Shown piece after piece: positions 39,701 to 51,972 of a DNA stretch of 64,000 bases. The notes under the pieces were generated by a model. That model was not told the origin of the DNA and made no database searches. It worked only from the letters and a program-made list of their open reading frames with translations. A program made the translations under genes and the position numbers. The stretch is taken from assembly GCF_964355755.1 (NCBI RefSeq), contig NC_092672.1:35346437-35410436 (forward strand), read 5' to 3'. Within the stretch, counting starts at the first letter, position 1. Each line of letters opens with the position of its first letter. This DNA is from Antedon mediterranea (taxonomy: Eukaryota; Animalia; Echinodermata).

Positions 39701-42700
39701 GAAATATTACGGAAAATACTAGAAGAAGAATAAAATGAAAGTTTTATCTCTTTTGTAGGCAGCAGATGTTTATTTGGAACAACATCTTCTTTAGCCTGGG
39801 ATTTGACGTCAAAGACCATTATAAAGATTTAGGTGGAGACCATGCAGCTTATGTTGCACCGGTAAGTAGAAGCCCCACCTCTATTCAAGGAAAACCTTGA
39901 TCCTATCCTTTTAACAAGGAGCATATATGTTTTAACACTAGCCAACCCAAGGACACGTCTATTCTTTGAACAAGGAGCATATAAATGTTAACACTAGCCA
40001 ACTCCTATTTGGGAGACACACCTATTAAGGGGACGATGTGTTGAACCCTGAGGAGCACATATGTTTTAACACTAGCCAACTCCTATTTAGGGGACACACC
40101 TATTAAGGTAACACTTTGTTGGGCCCCAAAAGTGTTCCCTTAATATTCTACTGTGTTCATATTCAAACCATATCATACTTGGAGAAACAATCTTTTTGTG
40201 ATAATATTAAAAGTGACATTTTATTTTTAATAAATTATGTACCAAATTTGTGACAACTAAAACTCATTTGTTAGTGGCACTTGTCAGGTTTTGAAAGAAA
40301 GCCTTACAAAATAATAAAATAATTCCTAAAAATGCTTGTGCTTGTTAGCAAGAAATGCCATTGAGCTTATTGGAAATGATAAGTAGATGCTTGTATCGAC
40401 AAATCGGTGAAATAATTTCAAATTGGATTTGTAAATCTGATTTATCATCTATGCTGTAAAAGTGTAGTAATTACTGAATGGGATTTAGTGTGGACATTAA
40501 AACATAGGTGATGGCTAGTAGCCAGAATTATATATTAAAGATGTATTGTCCCCCAAAAACATGGAAAGTAAAGGTTATAAAATCAGACCACTATGTAGTT
40601 TTAATCATTTAATCACTTCCATAGAAAAAAAAATTATAAAAATGTTTTCACTTATAAAAAGACAAAATAAATGTTTAAATTTAACTATTTTTTGCTTTAA
40701 ATTACATTTTTTCATTTAAATACATTTATTATAAAAACCAGAGTTAGCCTAGTCTAGGGTTTGTAAAATGTTGTAATCATTGAAAGTCCTCATCTGACCA
40801 ATAATGATCTTCTTCTTCCGAGTCAATATCTGAAACTTCTACGACATCAAAGACGTTCTCTGTATGGCCATTCAATTTTTTGTGTATTATGTGACATTCA
40901 AATGGCGTATTCAACAAAAAAGTTAAGAATTATTTTGTCAGGGGGAAAATACACCTTTAATGTATTCTATATTTACCTCTGTTCATTGTATTCAATTTAT
41001 TTTCATTTCTAAATTTCTCCTTTTTCAGAACAATGATCTTCATGGTGTGAAAGCCTACTGTAATGCTGATGTTGAGGGTTTGTACACGTTGGGTACAGTT
41101 GTCGTTGATTACCGTGGTTACAGAATTACAGCGCAGTCCATCATCCCAGGCATTCTGGAGCGAGAGCAGGAGGAGTCCGTCATCTACGGGTCAATTGATT
41201 TTGGAAAATCGGTAGTCTCAAATGAAAAGTACACAGAACTTGTAAGTTAATAGTAGAATTGGTAGAATTAATTTACATCTTAAGCTCAGTTTACACTATC
41301 AAACTTTAAATGTTGAAAAAAAAATGTTTGTTCCCATATATGGACATGATGATGTCGCATCACTACCATATTTGGGCATATCACTACCATATTTGCACAC
41401 ATCACAGTTTTTTTGTCGAAAATGGTTTGATAGGGTAGACAGAGCTTTACTATTTTACTTTACTATTGTTAATCATAAATCATAACTAATAATAATTAAG
41501 GACAAAAAATGCTAGAGTAATTATATGCATTACAATGCAACTACAACCCGGGTCATATGATTTAATCCAGGTCAACCCAGGTCATTTTATTTAATCCAGG
41601 TCAACCCAGGTCATTTTATTTAACCCAGGTCAACCCAGGTCACTTGAGATATTGTTGATTCACAGACAGTGCTTATCAAGTATAAACATAAACATATTCT
41701 AATATTATAAAATTATATTGCAATGCATTATTCATTTATTACCATTCAATCAAAAACTAGCAAATCATGAGAATAGAATTATACTTCAGATTTTTAGATC
41801 TCTTATAATTCATCGTCTCCTTCAGAGAGTTTTGTACACGAGTGTACACACACACAGCTTAATTAATATGTCAATCAATCCGATTTCGTTTTTTAATGAG
41901 TACCCTTAATACTTGTTCAATACATTTATGATTACTATTACTCTATTATTAGTACATTGTATACTGCACATTAAGATGTACTTCTATACATAATAAATCT
42001 TTATTGTAACTTAATTATAATTTATTTGATATTTTATGCATAATAATAAGTTTAATGTTTTGTCTGTATTGTCTTTATTCTAGTGCATTCATATTGCAAA
42101 CTGATGTATTATATATTTACAGTATTTAACCTTACAATGCTATGCTCTGTGTACACTATCAAACTATTTAAAAAAAAGTGTGATGTACTCGAATATGGTA
42201 GTGATATGAACAAATATGGTAGAGGTATGACATCATCATGTCCATATATGGGCACATCACATTTTGTTGTCAGATAAGTGTAGACAGAGCTTTAGTGTGT
42301 TCTTGAATAGCTGCTCTATTATCTCTTTGCTTTTTGTCATTATATCTGTGCTTTCATACAGTTTGAATGCTAACAAAATGCTATTGTTAATAGATATTTT
42401 AATTGGTTACTAATAATTAAATATTTACAATCTAAATAATTAATGCTTATTCATCTCAACAACAATTTTATACAAACATATATTTATAGTAACAGTTAAT
42501 ATATAATCTATTTTTCACAATAAAAGCAACACAAGACCATCATTACAAATATATACTGTTAATACATCGTATTCTAACAATATGTTTAATCTTCTGTAAA
42601 CTAAGGTCGAAGTATATTAATGCCTCTGGAGCCTTCCATAGTCACCTTCAGATAAGACTTTCTTTATCAGTACTGAATGGATGATTAAAGTGACAGTTGA

Positions 42701-45700
42701 TCAGTTGCAGGAAATATTCCCTCACGTCTGTCACGATATTGTCAACCAAAATAAACCTTGTAGTATATAGTAATGCATCACAACAAAATAAACTAAAGAA
42801 ACACTTATTTATTTATTTTGTAATCTAGTTGAATTAATAGTGTGTTTTCTTTCTGAATTTAGTTAACAAAATCTGCTCAACATCTCAAAATATTGCCGCA
42901 TAAAGTTATCAACAGCGAGGAAGAAGAAGTCAAAATATACTCATCAATAGAATGCAAGGTAAGTACATTCACTTCAATCAAATTCTCTCATCAAAGCTTT
43001 AAGTATTTCGAAACTGGTGAAGCTTTAAGCTCTATCTACACTATCAAACTAGTTTGACAAAAAAGTGTGATGTGCCCAAATATGGTGGTGATATGCCCAA
43101 ACATGGTGGTGATATGCCCAAACATGGTGGTGATATGACATCATCGTGTCTATATATGAGCACATCGCATTTTTTGTCACGTAAAGTTTGATAGTGTAGA
43201 CAAGGCTTTAGTTTTGTTTTCCATTCTTTTTCTGTACTTAACTTAATGGATGAATTAGTTAACTATTTCTTCCATCGTTAAAGGAATTAATTCAACCAAA
43301 CCAATGTCATTAGTAATTATGCTAATTTATTCATCATGAATATTCATACACAATATTCCAACCCTCAAAATATAGATTTTTAACCAAAAAAAACCCCGTT
43401 TATTCTCTGTTAATGAGTGCATATTGTCTGAAACATATGGGTATGGAAATGTCAATAAATGTAAACCGTAAAATTGTTCTAGTTATTATCACACTAGTTT
43501 GACAACAAAAATGTGATGTGCCCAAATTTGGTAGTGATATGACATCATCATGTCCATATGGGCACATCACATTTTGATGTTACATAAAGTTTGATAATGT
43601 AGACAGAGCTTTAGAGATGATGAACAACTGTTTTTGAAGAATATAATAATAATATTGTTAAATAATCCATAGGGAATACGTGGCAACGATGGAAGACATT
43701 ACATATTGGATCTTCTACGTACCTTTCCAACTGATGCCAACTACTGGCCTTGTGAGTTATATTTTCATTTTATATTTAATTAATGTGACCATATATGGAC
43801 ATGATGATGTCATATCACTACCTTATTTAAGTATATCACTACCATATTTGGGCATATCACAATTTTTTTTTCAAACTAGTTTGATAGTGTAGACAGACCT
43901 AAAGCTCTATCTACACTAGGGAGGTTTCGCAACCTTACGAATACGATAACGAAAACGCATACATTTCTGAAACTTTTGAGCTGATCCCCATTTCATATTC
44001 GTAAAGCGTATTCGTGTTGACAAATATCACCAGTCATATTCGTAACTACAAAACGAGTATAGTTTTTGATCTATTTTGCACATTTTGCATTTGAATCAGG
44101 AATGATTCATGATTATAATATAATTATAGATTTATTGAAAGTAATTTACTAAAGTAATTTACTAAAATGCCAAGTCAATTTTGATAAATAGCAGTTTTTA
44201 AAGTCCTCACTCGCTTTGATGTTGCGCTAGGCCTAGGCAGCCAAGCACCAAGCAAAACATACCTGCGCTTCGCTCAAATTTACCGCAGTCATATTTTGGA
44301 CGCGCGCCTCAATATTTCGTTGCCATGCGAAACAGATTTTTTTTATGGCTTACGAAAACGAATACGTGTGCGTGACGTATCCGTTTTCGTTATCGTATTC
44401 GTAAGATTGCGAAACCTCTCTACTATCAAACTTTATGCGACAGAAAAAAAATGTGATGTGACCATATATGGACATGATGATGTCACTACCATATTTGAGC
44501 ATATCACTACCATAGTTGGGCAAAAACTGTTGATTTTTGTTTTGTTTCAGTGGGAAACGATAATGTTCCAGAAGAAATAAAGGCACTCGGCTTTCCACGT
44601 GAACACAGACACAAGTTGTGTAGGCTTAGGCCTGAGCTTGTAGAGAGCTTTATAGAGTAAGTCCACAGAGAAATAGCAACAAAATTAAAAATATAATGTA
44701 TACAAATATGTATACAAAAGATGTTAAGCTTTGTCCACACTATCAAATTAGTTTGACAAAATAGTGTAATGTGCCCAAATATGGTATCATGTCCATATTA
44801 TGGGTACATCACATTTTTTTGTCACATACAGTTTGATAGTGTAGACAGAGCCAATCCTTTGAGACACTCCCTGTTCTAGTTGTGATACAACGAAGGTGCA
44901 ATATGTTGTAATACTTTATCAAAGGTGTCCCTTTAATATTAGTTCTACTCTAGTACATTGTATCGAATGATACAGGCATTCAATCTAATTTTATTTAATT
45001 TGCAGTAATAGATACATGGTGTTTATACGTTACGCAGCGTCCCTGCTGATGCAAGAACAACAGAAACACCAAACAAGTAATAATGAAATCAACAAGGACC
45101 AAAATAAACAAGCCGAATCTAATTCAGAAAAAGTAAACGGGGAATCAACTCCCAATGGAATGGCGGCGGAAAAGGGAGAGGAAGAAGTAAAAAAGACGGA
45201 AGTAACACCAACAGAGGGCGATATGACAGAACAAGAAAAGAAGCTGAATACGATATCAGCTACGAAGGAAACATGTAATGAACTGTTATCTGTTTTTGTA
45301 AAATACATATTGAAACAAAAATAGGCAGAGAAAAATGAAATTACATTCAAGATAAATTTGTACTACTGTTTTTAAAATTTGTGAGCAAGTACAGTCAACT
45401 CTCCCAATACCGGACTCTCTGAAAACCAGAAACTCTCCCAATACCAGACTTTTTTTGAGGACCAAAAGGTCCCAAATTTATATTTACCATTAAAAACACA
45501 TTCCGAATACCAGACTTTCCGGAAAACCAGACTTATTTGGCCGGCCCAAAGGTGTCCGGTATTGGGAGAGTTGACTGTATGCAAGTTACTTTGTATTCTC
45601 TTGATTTTGGGTTTAATAATGCTCTGTCTACACTATCAAACTTTTTGTAAAAAAAAAAAAGTGAAGTGCCCATATATGGACATGATGTTGTCGCATCACT

Positions 45701-48700
45701 ATTTGGGTATATCACTATCATATCTAGTTGCCAAACTAGTTTGATAATGTAAACAGAGCTTAAGATACAATAATTTTTAATTTTTGTATTAATTAATTAT
45801 GTTTTTGTATAGTTGGTGAGAATCATATTGATATAATCAAGAAGGCTGCTCTGTTTGCTGGTTCTCTCAGTAACACAGAGTTTGATATCCGCTTTAACCC
45901 GGACATCTACTCGGACGGCGTCATCCACGCTCACGAGGGCGTAAGTAGAATTGCTTATTATTTGGGTACAGAATACCTAAGTAGATTCTTGTCATTATGA
46001 TGATTGGCCCATACAATAGAACTTTTCACCTCATGGAATTATTTTTACCATTGCACTCATAAATATTCATAATTTTGTTTAATAAAAGTTGATTGCTTTC
46101 ACTAATATACTTAAGTTAGTTAATTATTTTTGTCTTTTCCAGACCGAACAATTTGAACGAGAAAAGAAGATTATTATTGACGCAGCACACTTTGTGCTTG
46201 GCGTCCAAATTCCAACATTTGTAAGTTAAATATATTTGATTTCAGAACTCAAACCAAACATTTAGTGAACAGGGTTCTCTTAATATGGTGTCCCCTGGAT
46301 AGGGATTGGCTTGGTGTTGTGTTATATATTGTGTACATGTACAATTCATAGGAAATTATCCTCAAAGACGGGATCTACTATATTACATTGTTGTTTGTAT
46401 TTGATTTATTTCTACATAAACAGTCAGGGGAAAATATCAGAAAGCTTCCTACTTTCTAGGACTTTTATGTGTTATCAGATAGTCTATATTGTTTTGATAA
46501 CTCTTAACTCACTTTGTAACATGATCACAGCCATTTCCTCCCCCCCCCCCCCTTAACTAACTGTAAATAAGATATGCTATAAATTGTCTATACCCTGTGC
46601 ATTGTTAGATACGTGAATGTCAAGAACACACTATAGCACCATTGGATGGAACCACCCTTACTGAAATGCTACATCAAAGGGGTATCAACATGAGGTATCT
46701 TGGTACAGTAACAGCCATAGTACAGAATGCTGCATTACTTACTTATCTTTATGTAAGTACACTTTTTATGATACCAAATATTCAATTAAGTATATTTTTC
46801 TGCCCTTAAGATGTAACCTATAATTTATTACACTTATATTAATTATTATAATAACAATAATCATAATAACAATAATTACAATATTAAAAAATAACTACTA
46901 CAGTAGTAATGACTATAATTTGTATGTGTTTAAATTTTAAATGTAAATATGTATATGTTTGTATGATGTAGTATGTTTAGCGGATATTAGCCCTTGATGG
47001 CATTTGCAGCAATAAAGAAATTGAATTGAATTGAAAGACCTTTTGTAAAAAAAAATCTTATATCCAGCTTGCCTTTTAATTGTTTTGATGTTTTTTAAAA
47101 TTTAATTTCTTGATCACCAAACATATTTATATCTGTATGTTGGTAGTAACAGCCAATTTCTTTTTTCTTAGAAACTACTGGTCAGTGAGCTTATAACGCG
47201 ATCTGCTAAACACATTTACAAGACATATATGCAAGGAGTTGGTATGGTGAACCTGGCTGCCGCTAAGACACAGTTTCTTAATTGTTATTTAAGTTCATTT
47301 GCTAATCCTCTACCGGCAAAGACGGAAGATGAGGTAAAGTAAAATCAATTAATAAATCTTTAAGATTAAGATAATGTATGCATGTTAACCTTCAAGCAGA
47401 TTGTATGTTGTTTAACGGTTTACAGTAAAGATAAAAGCTGTTCTTTTTATGAATTTTTAAGAAAATTGATACATCGCCTGATGTGTAGGCTTAATTCAAG
47501 TAAAAATGTTTTATTCTCAACGATTATAGACGACGTCTTATATAAGTGAAAGATGCTCTCCAGGTAGAATGCAATCCTGAGATGAGTAGTAATAATTAGT
47601 GCAGTTTTCTTTTTTTGTTAATAAATTTATACATAATTTTACTGGACCAGAGATTCCGAAATAAAAGATTGAATGAATGAATAAGTTGAGCCTTTGTTAG
47701 GGTTTAAAGCTCTGTCTACACTATCAAACTAGTTTAATAAAAACATGTGATGTGCCCAAATATGGTAGTGATATGACATCATCATGTCCATATATGGGCA
47801 CATCACATTTTTTTGTCACATAAAGTTGGATAGTGTAGACAGAGCTTTAAGAAATATGAATTTTATATGTTTGTTTCGTTTCATAGATGAATGGATATGG
47901 AAGGAAAAAGAACAAAAAAAAGAAAAATAGAACATTGCCAACAATTGCAAACGGTTAGTTTACAAAACATGTATTTAATTCATTCAAACTTTATTTTTAA
48001 TTTAAAAATCACACATGTATGCAAATACATTTGCGTAAAATTTTAGTGGTAATTATTTCACTGTTTTAATAACAAAAGTATTGGTTTTTTTTTGATAGAC
48101 AACAATGGATGGGCAAGCTTGACCCCGTTGGACTTGTGGTCAAGCATTAAAATAGAGATCAAGGATTATTTTCACTTTGAACTAGAAGGGTAGCTACAAA
48201 TTGAAATCTGTATATTGTGATATTATTGTGCTTTGACAAAGCAGCTATTGTTTTGTTTATTTTATCAAAGTAAAAAAAAATAGAATTTGAATATTGTATA
48301 TTGTATGCAAGTCAAATCAAATCAATCTCTTTATTTATTCAAATAATAATAATATAAAAGAAATCCTGAAATCAAAAGAAAGTGTAAAAAAGTTTAATGA
48401 CGATGAAAGTGGACCTCCAAGAAACCCCAAGAGGCTTGTGATAGGAGGCCCACTATAAACTAGTTACATTAAGATAAATAATAAATAAAAAGCCCGTAAT
48501 TTTCTTGTTCTTCTTAGATGCGAAGACAAAGACACAATGCTGCAAAATCTCCAAATACAGAAAGTTACGCTCTTGCGAGAATTCTGTCGTCGGATGGGTT
48601 TGCAGCTACTTATCCGCGAGTATGTATTTGACGGTAAACAGAAGCCAACGTTTACAGAAGACGATATCTTGAATGTCTTCCCACAACCTAAACACATCAA

Positions 48701-51252
48701 TCCAGTAGCGAGCGATGCTTATAATTTCTATCAGAGTGGACAGGCTAAGATTCAGCAAGGTTGGTATTGGATACTAGTTTTTAATTTAGACAAATGACGA
48801 TTCAAGTTGCGATGTTGACAGCGAGAAAACTCTCATCTAAATCATGTCATGTTAAGTTAAATTATCACGCCGCAGCTTTAGCCAGCTATGTCCCAAGAGG
48901 ACATACTCATTCAGAAGCTATATCAAGTGGTAGCTATAGTTCTAGAGGCTGACGTTTTTGATAATTTGTAAACTAATTACAAACCCCAAAGCACGTCTGG
49001 GAGAAGAGTCTATGAAAACATTTGCTGATAAATACAGTATTATTGAGATGCATGTAGATGGTAATCTGTAAAATCTACAATACAATGCGAACCTATTATG
49101 TATTATATTCCAAGCAATGAAATACATTTTGACATGATTTCATCATCTTATTCAGGTCTTTATCGTGATGCTACTGAATTGATTCAGGAATCGTTGAACT
49201 TATTCACTAATGTGTATGGACCAATGCACAGCGAGATAGGGACATGCATGAGGACACTGGCTAAACTGCATTATATCAATGCTGAACTACCAGAGGTAAC
49301 AACATACACGTTAGCATTGAAACTCAACTGGTTAGCAGTCGACTGACTTCCAACCTTTATTTTTATTAATGAAAGACAGACCTTGCCACCAACATAGTTG
49401 ATTTCACTTTTTATAAAAATGTTTTCATGTATTTTTTTAATATTGGTTTTTTTTTTGTATAATAATATATTGTATAATTCAAGTAATTCAAAAGTTGCAA
49501 TAAAAGTATTTTATCTTGTTCAAAGTTTTTAATTATTTACTTTTTTTGTGGTAGGCTTTAGACATGCAAGAGAAAGCTGTGATGATAAGTGAACGATGTA
49601 ACGGTTTAGATCATCCAACCACAATGACAGAATATGTAAGTGTTACTCGTTATTTGAATAATAAAACATCTCAATCTGACGCGATTTGAAATCCTCTTGA
49701 ATAATGTGTTAACACAAATTGAAATATTTTTATTGGTTCATTTCAGATGCACCTTGCGTTGTACTGTTTCGCTAGTAATCAAGTGACAAACGCCCTCAAG
49801 TTGATGTATCGTGCACGATATTTGGCGATGCTCGTATTTGGAGAGGACCATCCAGAATTTGCTCAAATTGATGTAAATAAAAATTTTGACTCATAATTTC
49901 TGTTTACCTAGTAGTTTACTGTAAACATTATTATTACAATTTTATTATTATAATAATTATATTATAAGATTGTTTTTGTTTGGTAAAAGTGCATTCTTTG
50001 TTTACAAACAAACATTACGTTGATTTTTCAGAGTAACATTGGTTTAGTACTGCATGGTGTCGGCGAGTATGACTTGTCCATCAAGTTCCTTCAGTCTGCA
50101 TTGTATAACAGCATACAGTTTCATGGTGCTAAAAGCTTGAAGGCGGCCCTGGGCTACCACCTGCTTGCCCGTGTGCAGTCATGCAAGGGCAACTTCCGAG
50201 GTGCATTGAAGAACGAGAAAGGAGCATATCAAATCTACAAACAACATGCAAGTACCTTTTTTGTCACCTGTATTCCCAAGTGTTGTAAGCCCATAGTCAG
50301 TGGGATTCAAATGTTTTAATGGACTTACTTTTTAGGCTTGTGCAAACGCGACTCTGCAGCTCACTATGTCGGTTGGTCGGTCGGTAAACACTAACCTAAA
50401 TTTGAGAACGCGACTACAGCCATGTATATGGCCTTGTTGCCTGAAGTGACCTTTTCAAAAGAGACCAGCAGAAGATGTGCTGGGTAGGCTTAGCTAGCCT
50501 AGCTAGCCTTTTGTCAGAAACTTGCCACACTGTAAAATTCCTGGCTACAGGCTTGCATTTTCTTTAAATAACTTTAGTTGCATTATTAATTTACAAATAT
50601 TTTTTTTTTCAGTATGGTGAAACTCACGACAAAACCAAAGAAAGTTCAGAATGTTTGAAGTATCTTACTCACCAAGCTGTCACCTTGCAAAAAACAGTAG
50701 GTTTTATTAAAAAATAAAATAATATTTAAATCAAAATAAAGTATTCTTGTAGAGCATGTTTACGATAACATTTCTTGTCTTTCTACAGATGAATGAAATA
50801 AAGAAAGCCGGTCCACGAGCAGCTATGCAGCCGTTTAATATAACGCCACCATCGTTTTCTAGTGTTCTAGAAACCATAGACATGATCAATGGAATATTTC
50901 GTATTCCATTTACGTATGTTTAACTTTTTATTGTTTTTATTTACAAAATGAAAAAAACATTTTTCATATTGGTGCATACTGTATATATAACAATGAATTA
51001 AAAAAATGTTGTTTACATTACAGTGTAAGAGCAGTACCTAAAGAAGGGGGTGAAAAGAAAACAGAAGAAAATGGGGAAGAAATGGCAAAGGAAACGAAAG
51101 AAAAACATACAGAAAAGGAGAAAGAAAATACACAGACAGAAGTGAAGAAAGAAGATGAAGGACTGGACGAACCTAGCAGTCCAAGCAGTCTGGAAGAGGA
51201 GCCTAGTAGCCCTGTTAGTGACCTAGCTAGTGATGACAGCGTTACTAGGTAA
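24025..51252 (+). CDS. CLUH: Clustered mitochondria protein homologue (clueless; CLU-N, CLU, CLU-central and TPR regions), 29 coding exons
   Basis: Exons 24025-24369, 29494-29665, 29786-29920, 30126-30311, 31147-31231, 32750-32875, 38947-39050, 39138-39181, 39376-39560, 39759-39861, 41029-41241, 42863-42958, 43673-43751, 44551-44656, 45006-45274, 45813-45940, 46143-46220, 46609-46752, 47172-47333, 47887-47953, 48099-48189, 48518-48759, 49156-49295, 49555-49635, 49747-49872, 50032-50247, 50613-50696, 50789-50913, 51024-51252. Motifs [90 protein letters not shown]. Confidence 0.97.
24435..24739. mobile_element. Kolobok-like family 2 copy
   Basis: TTAA|AGATATATTGTC...GACAATACTTCT|TTAA. Confidence 0.7.
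25168..25335. mobile_element. MITE family A
   Basis: Both TIRs present. Confidence 0.88.
25590..27025. repeat. About 60-bp minisatellite (CCTTTTCAAACACACTGACCTGGGAGTTATACAATGATAGGGACCCTC...), interrupted at 25660-26714
   Basis: One unit left of the insertion and 4-6 units to its right. Confidence 0.9.
25660..26714. mobile_element. Harbinger-like non-autonomous element inserted into a minisatellite
   Basis: GGCCCTGT...ACAGGGCC termini; inverted CCGTTTTAGCGTAC subterminal motifs; AAA/TAA flanks. Confidence 0.8.
27430..29035 (-). mobile_element. 5'-truncated CR1/L2-group LINE (RT and C-terminal part of ORF2 plus 3' UTR), antisense in a CLUH intron
   Basis: Open frame 27891-29035: [65 protein letters not shown]. 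The 3' boundary is approximate. Confidence 0.9.
30506..30616. repeat. 37-bp tandem repeat x3
   Basis: AGATTTAGACACAAAGCCCCTTTAAATGAATACATTT. Confidence 0.88.
31875..32473. repeat. 18-19-bp minisatellite (CTGAATAGG...TGTC(T)CCC)
   Basis: About 30 tandem units in variant blocks; ends ...TTCACTGTA. Confidence 0.95.
33190..35018. repeat. 17-bp minisatellite (TCCACTGAATAGGAGTG)n
   Basis: Roughly 100 units with a homogeneous core and diverged edges. Confidence 0.97.
35501..35810 (-). mobile_element. Full-length tRNA-derived SINE (second family) with 14-bp TSD
   Basis: Minus strand: TGGCGCAGTGG, GGTTCAAGCCC, CCACCCAGGTGATAGAAATGGGTACC, tail ACTTTACC. CACTGATGATTATA is duplicated at 35487-35500 and 35811-35824. 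Confidence 0.92.
36490..37010. repeat. About 120-bp tandem repeat x4 with embedded variable (CAT)n
   Basis: Unit TTCTTATTTT...TAGATTGTATTTATTTTT...TATGTAT(CAT)nCAACTGAAT. Confidence 0.9.
38770..38902. mobile_element. MITE family A, partial
   Basis: Internal repeats and right TIR. Confidence 0.85.
40539..40956. mobile_element. Kolobok-like family 2 (TTAA-AGATGTATTGTCCCC...)
   Basis: TTAA TSD and TIR; relatives at about 21730-22033 and 24435-24739, partial copies at about 4690-5060, 17010-17178 and 60650-60780. Confidence 0.75.
41282..41447. mobile_element. MITE family A
   Basis: Both TIRs present, diverged. Confidence 0.87.
42143..42293. mobile_element. MITE family A
   Basis: Both TIRs present. 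Confidence 0.87.
43027..43209. mobile_element. MITE family A
   Basis: Both TIRs, three internal repeats. Confidence 0.88.
43490..43612. mobile_element. MITE family A, partial
   Basis: Internal repeats and right TIR. Confidence 0.83.
43780..44522. mobile_element. Two adjacent family A copies, the second split by a nested element
   Basis: 43780-43900; then 43901-43917 plus 44422-44522. Confidence 0.83.
43918..44421. mobile_element. 504-bp MITE with long TIRs and 3-bp ACT TSD (PIF/Harbinger-ISL2EU group-like)
   Basis: TIR AGRGAGGTTTCGCAAYCTTACGAATACGATAACGAAAACG at both ends; ACT at 43915-43917 and 44422-44424. Confidence 0.9.
44727..44852. mobile_element. MITE family A
   Basis: Both TIRs present. 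Confidence 0.85.
45392..45577. mobile_element. Tc1/mariner (pogo-like) MITE
   Basis: TA|CAGTCAACTCTCCCAATACCGGAC...GTCCGGTATTGGGAGAGTTGACTG|TA; degraded relative at about 10045-10320. Confidence 0.92.
45621..45761. mobile_element. MITE family A
   Basis: Both TIRs present. Confidence 0.85.
47706..47848. mobile_element. MITE family A, representative copy (TIR AAGCTCTGTCTACACTATCAAAC, internal AAATATGGTAGTGATATG repeats)
   Basis: Near-perfect terminal inverted repeats flanked by TA/TWA; about 19 copies in the window. Confidence 0.92.
50328..50418 (+). mobile_element. Helentron-associated (HINE/DINE-1-like) short element
   Basis: T-run start, ACGCGAC inverted motif, (GTCG)n microsatellite, terminal GCCATGTATATGGC hairpin then CTTGTT. 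Confidence 0.65.
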
Positions 51253-51569
51253 CATAGCAACAACAAAAAGAACAGAAAATTATAAACATAATTGTATTGG
51301 AAAAAATACACTTTTACCTCCAAAATAAAACAAAAAAAAATAACAAAATAAAACAAATTATATGAATTTAAACAAATTTATATGGTGCTGTCTCGATAGG
51401 GATTTGAGGCTGTCTGTCTGTGTGTCTGTAGATTTTGTGTCCAAGAAAATATAGTTTGAAAAACTTACTAGCCATCTTCCTAAGTATATGTATATGCCGA
51501 AACATGTCTTCCTTCTATTAGCAATAGTAATAGATTGTGGCTAGAACTAGTTCTAGCTGTTCTGTCTGT

Positions 51570-51972
51570 TAGGCCTAGGTCAGGTCTTGTGTTACTGCTA
51601 GGCCTAGGTCAGGTCTTGTGTTACTGCTAGGCCTGGGTCACTTGTGTAACTGCTAGGCCTGGGTCACTTGTGTAACTGCTAGGCCTGGGTCACTTGTGTA
51701 ACTGCTAGGCCTGGGTCACTTGTGTAACTGCTAGGCCTGGGTCACTTGTGTAACTCCTAGGCCTGGGTCACTTGTGTAACTGCTAGGCCTGGGTCACTTG
51801 TGTAACTGCTAGGCCTGGGTCACTTGTGTAACTGCTAGGCCTGGGTCACTTGTGTAACTGCTAGGCCTGGGTCACTTGTGTAACTGCTAGGCCTAGGTCA
51901 CTTGTGTAACTGCTAGGCCTAGGTCACTTGTGTAACTGCTAGGCCTAGGTCACTTGTGTAACTGCTAGGCCT
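51570..51972. repeat. 26-bp minisatellite (CTAGGCCTGGGTCACTTGTGTAACTG), about 15 copies
   Basis: Direct tandem array about 320 bp after the CLUH stop codon. Confidence 0.96.
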
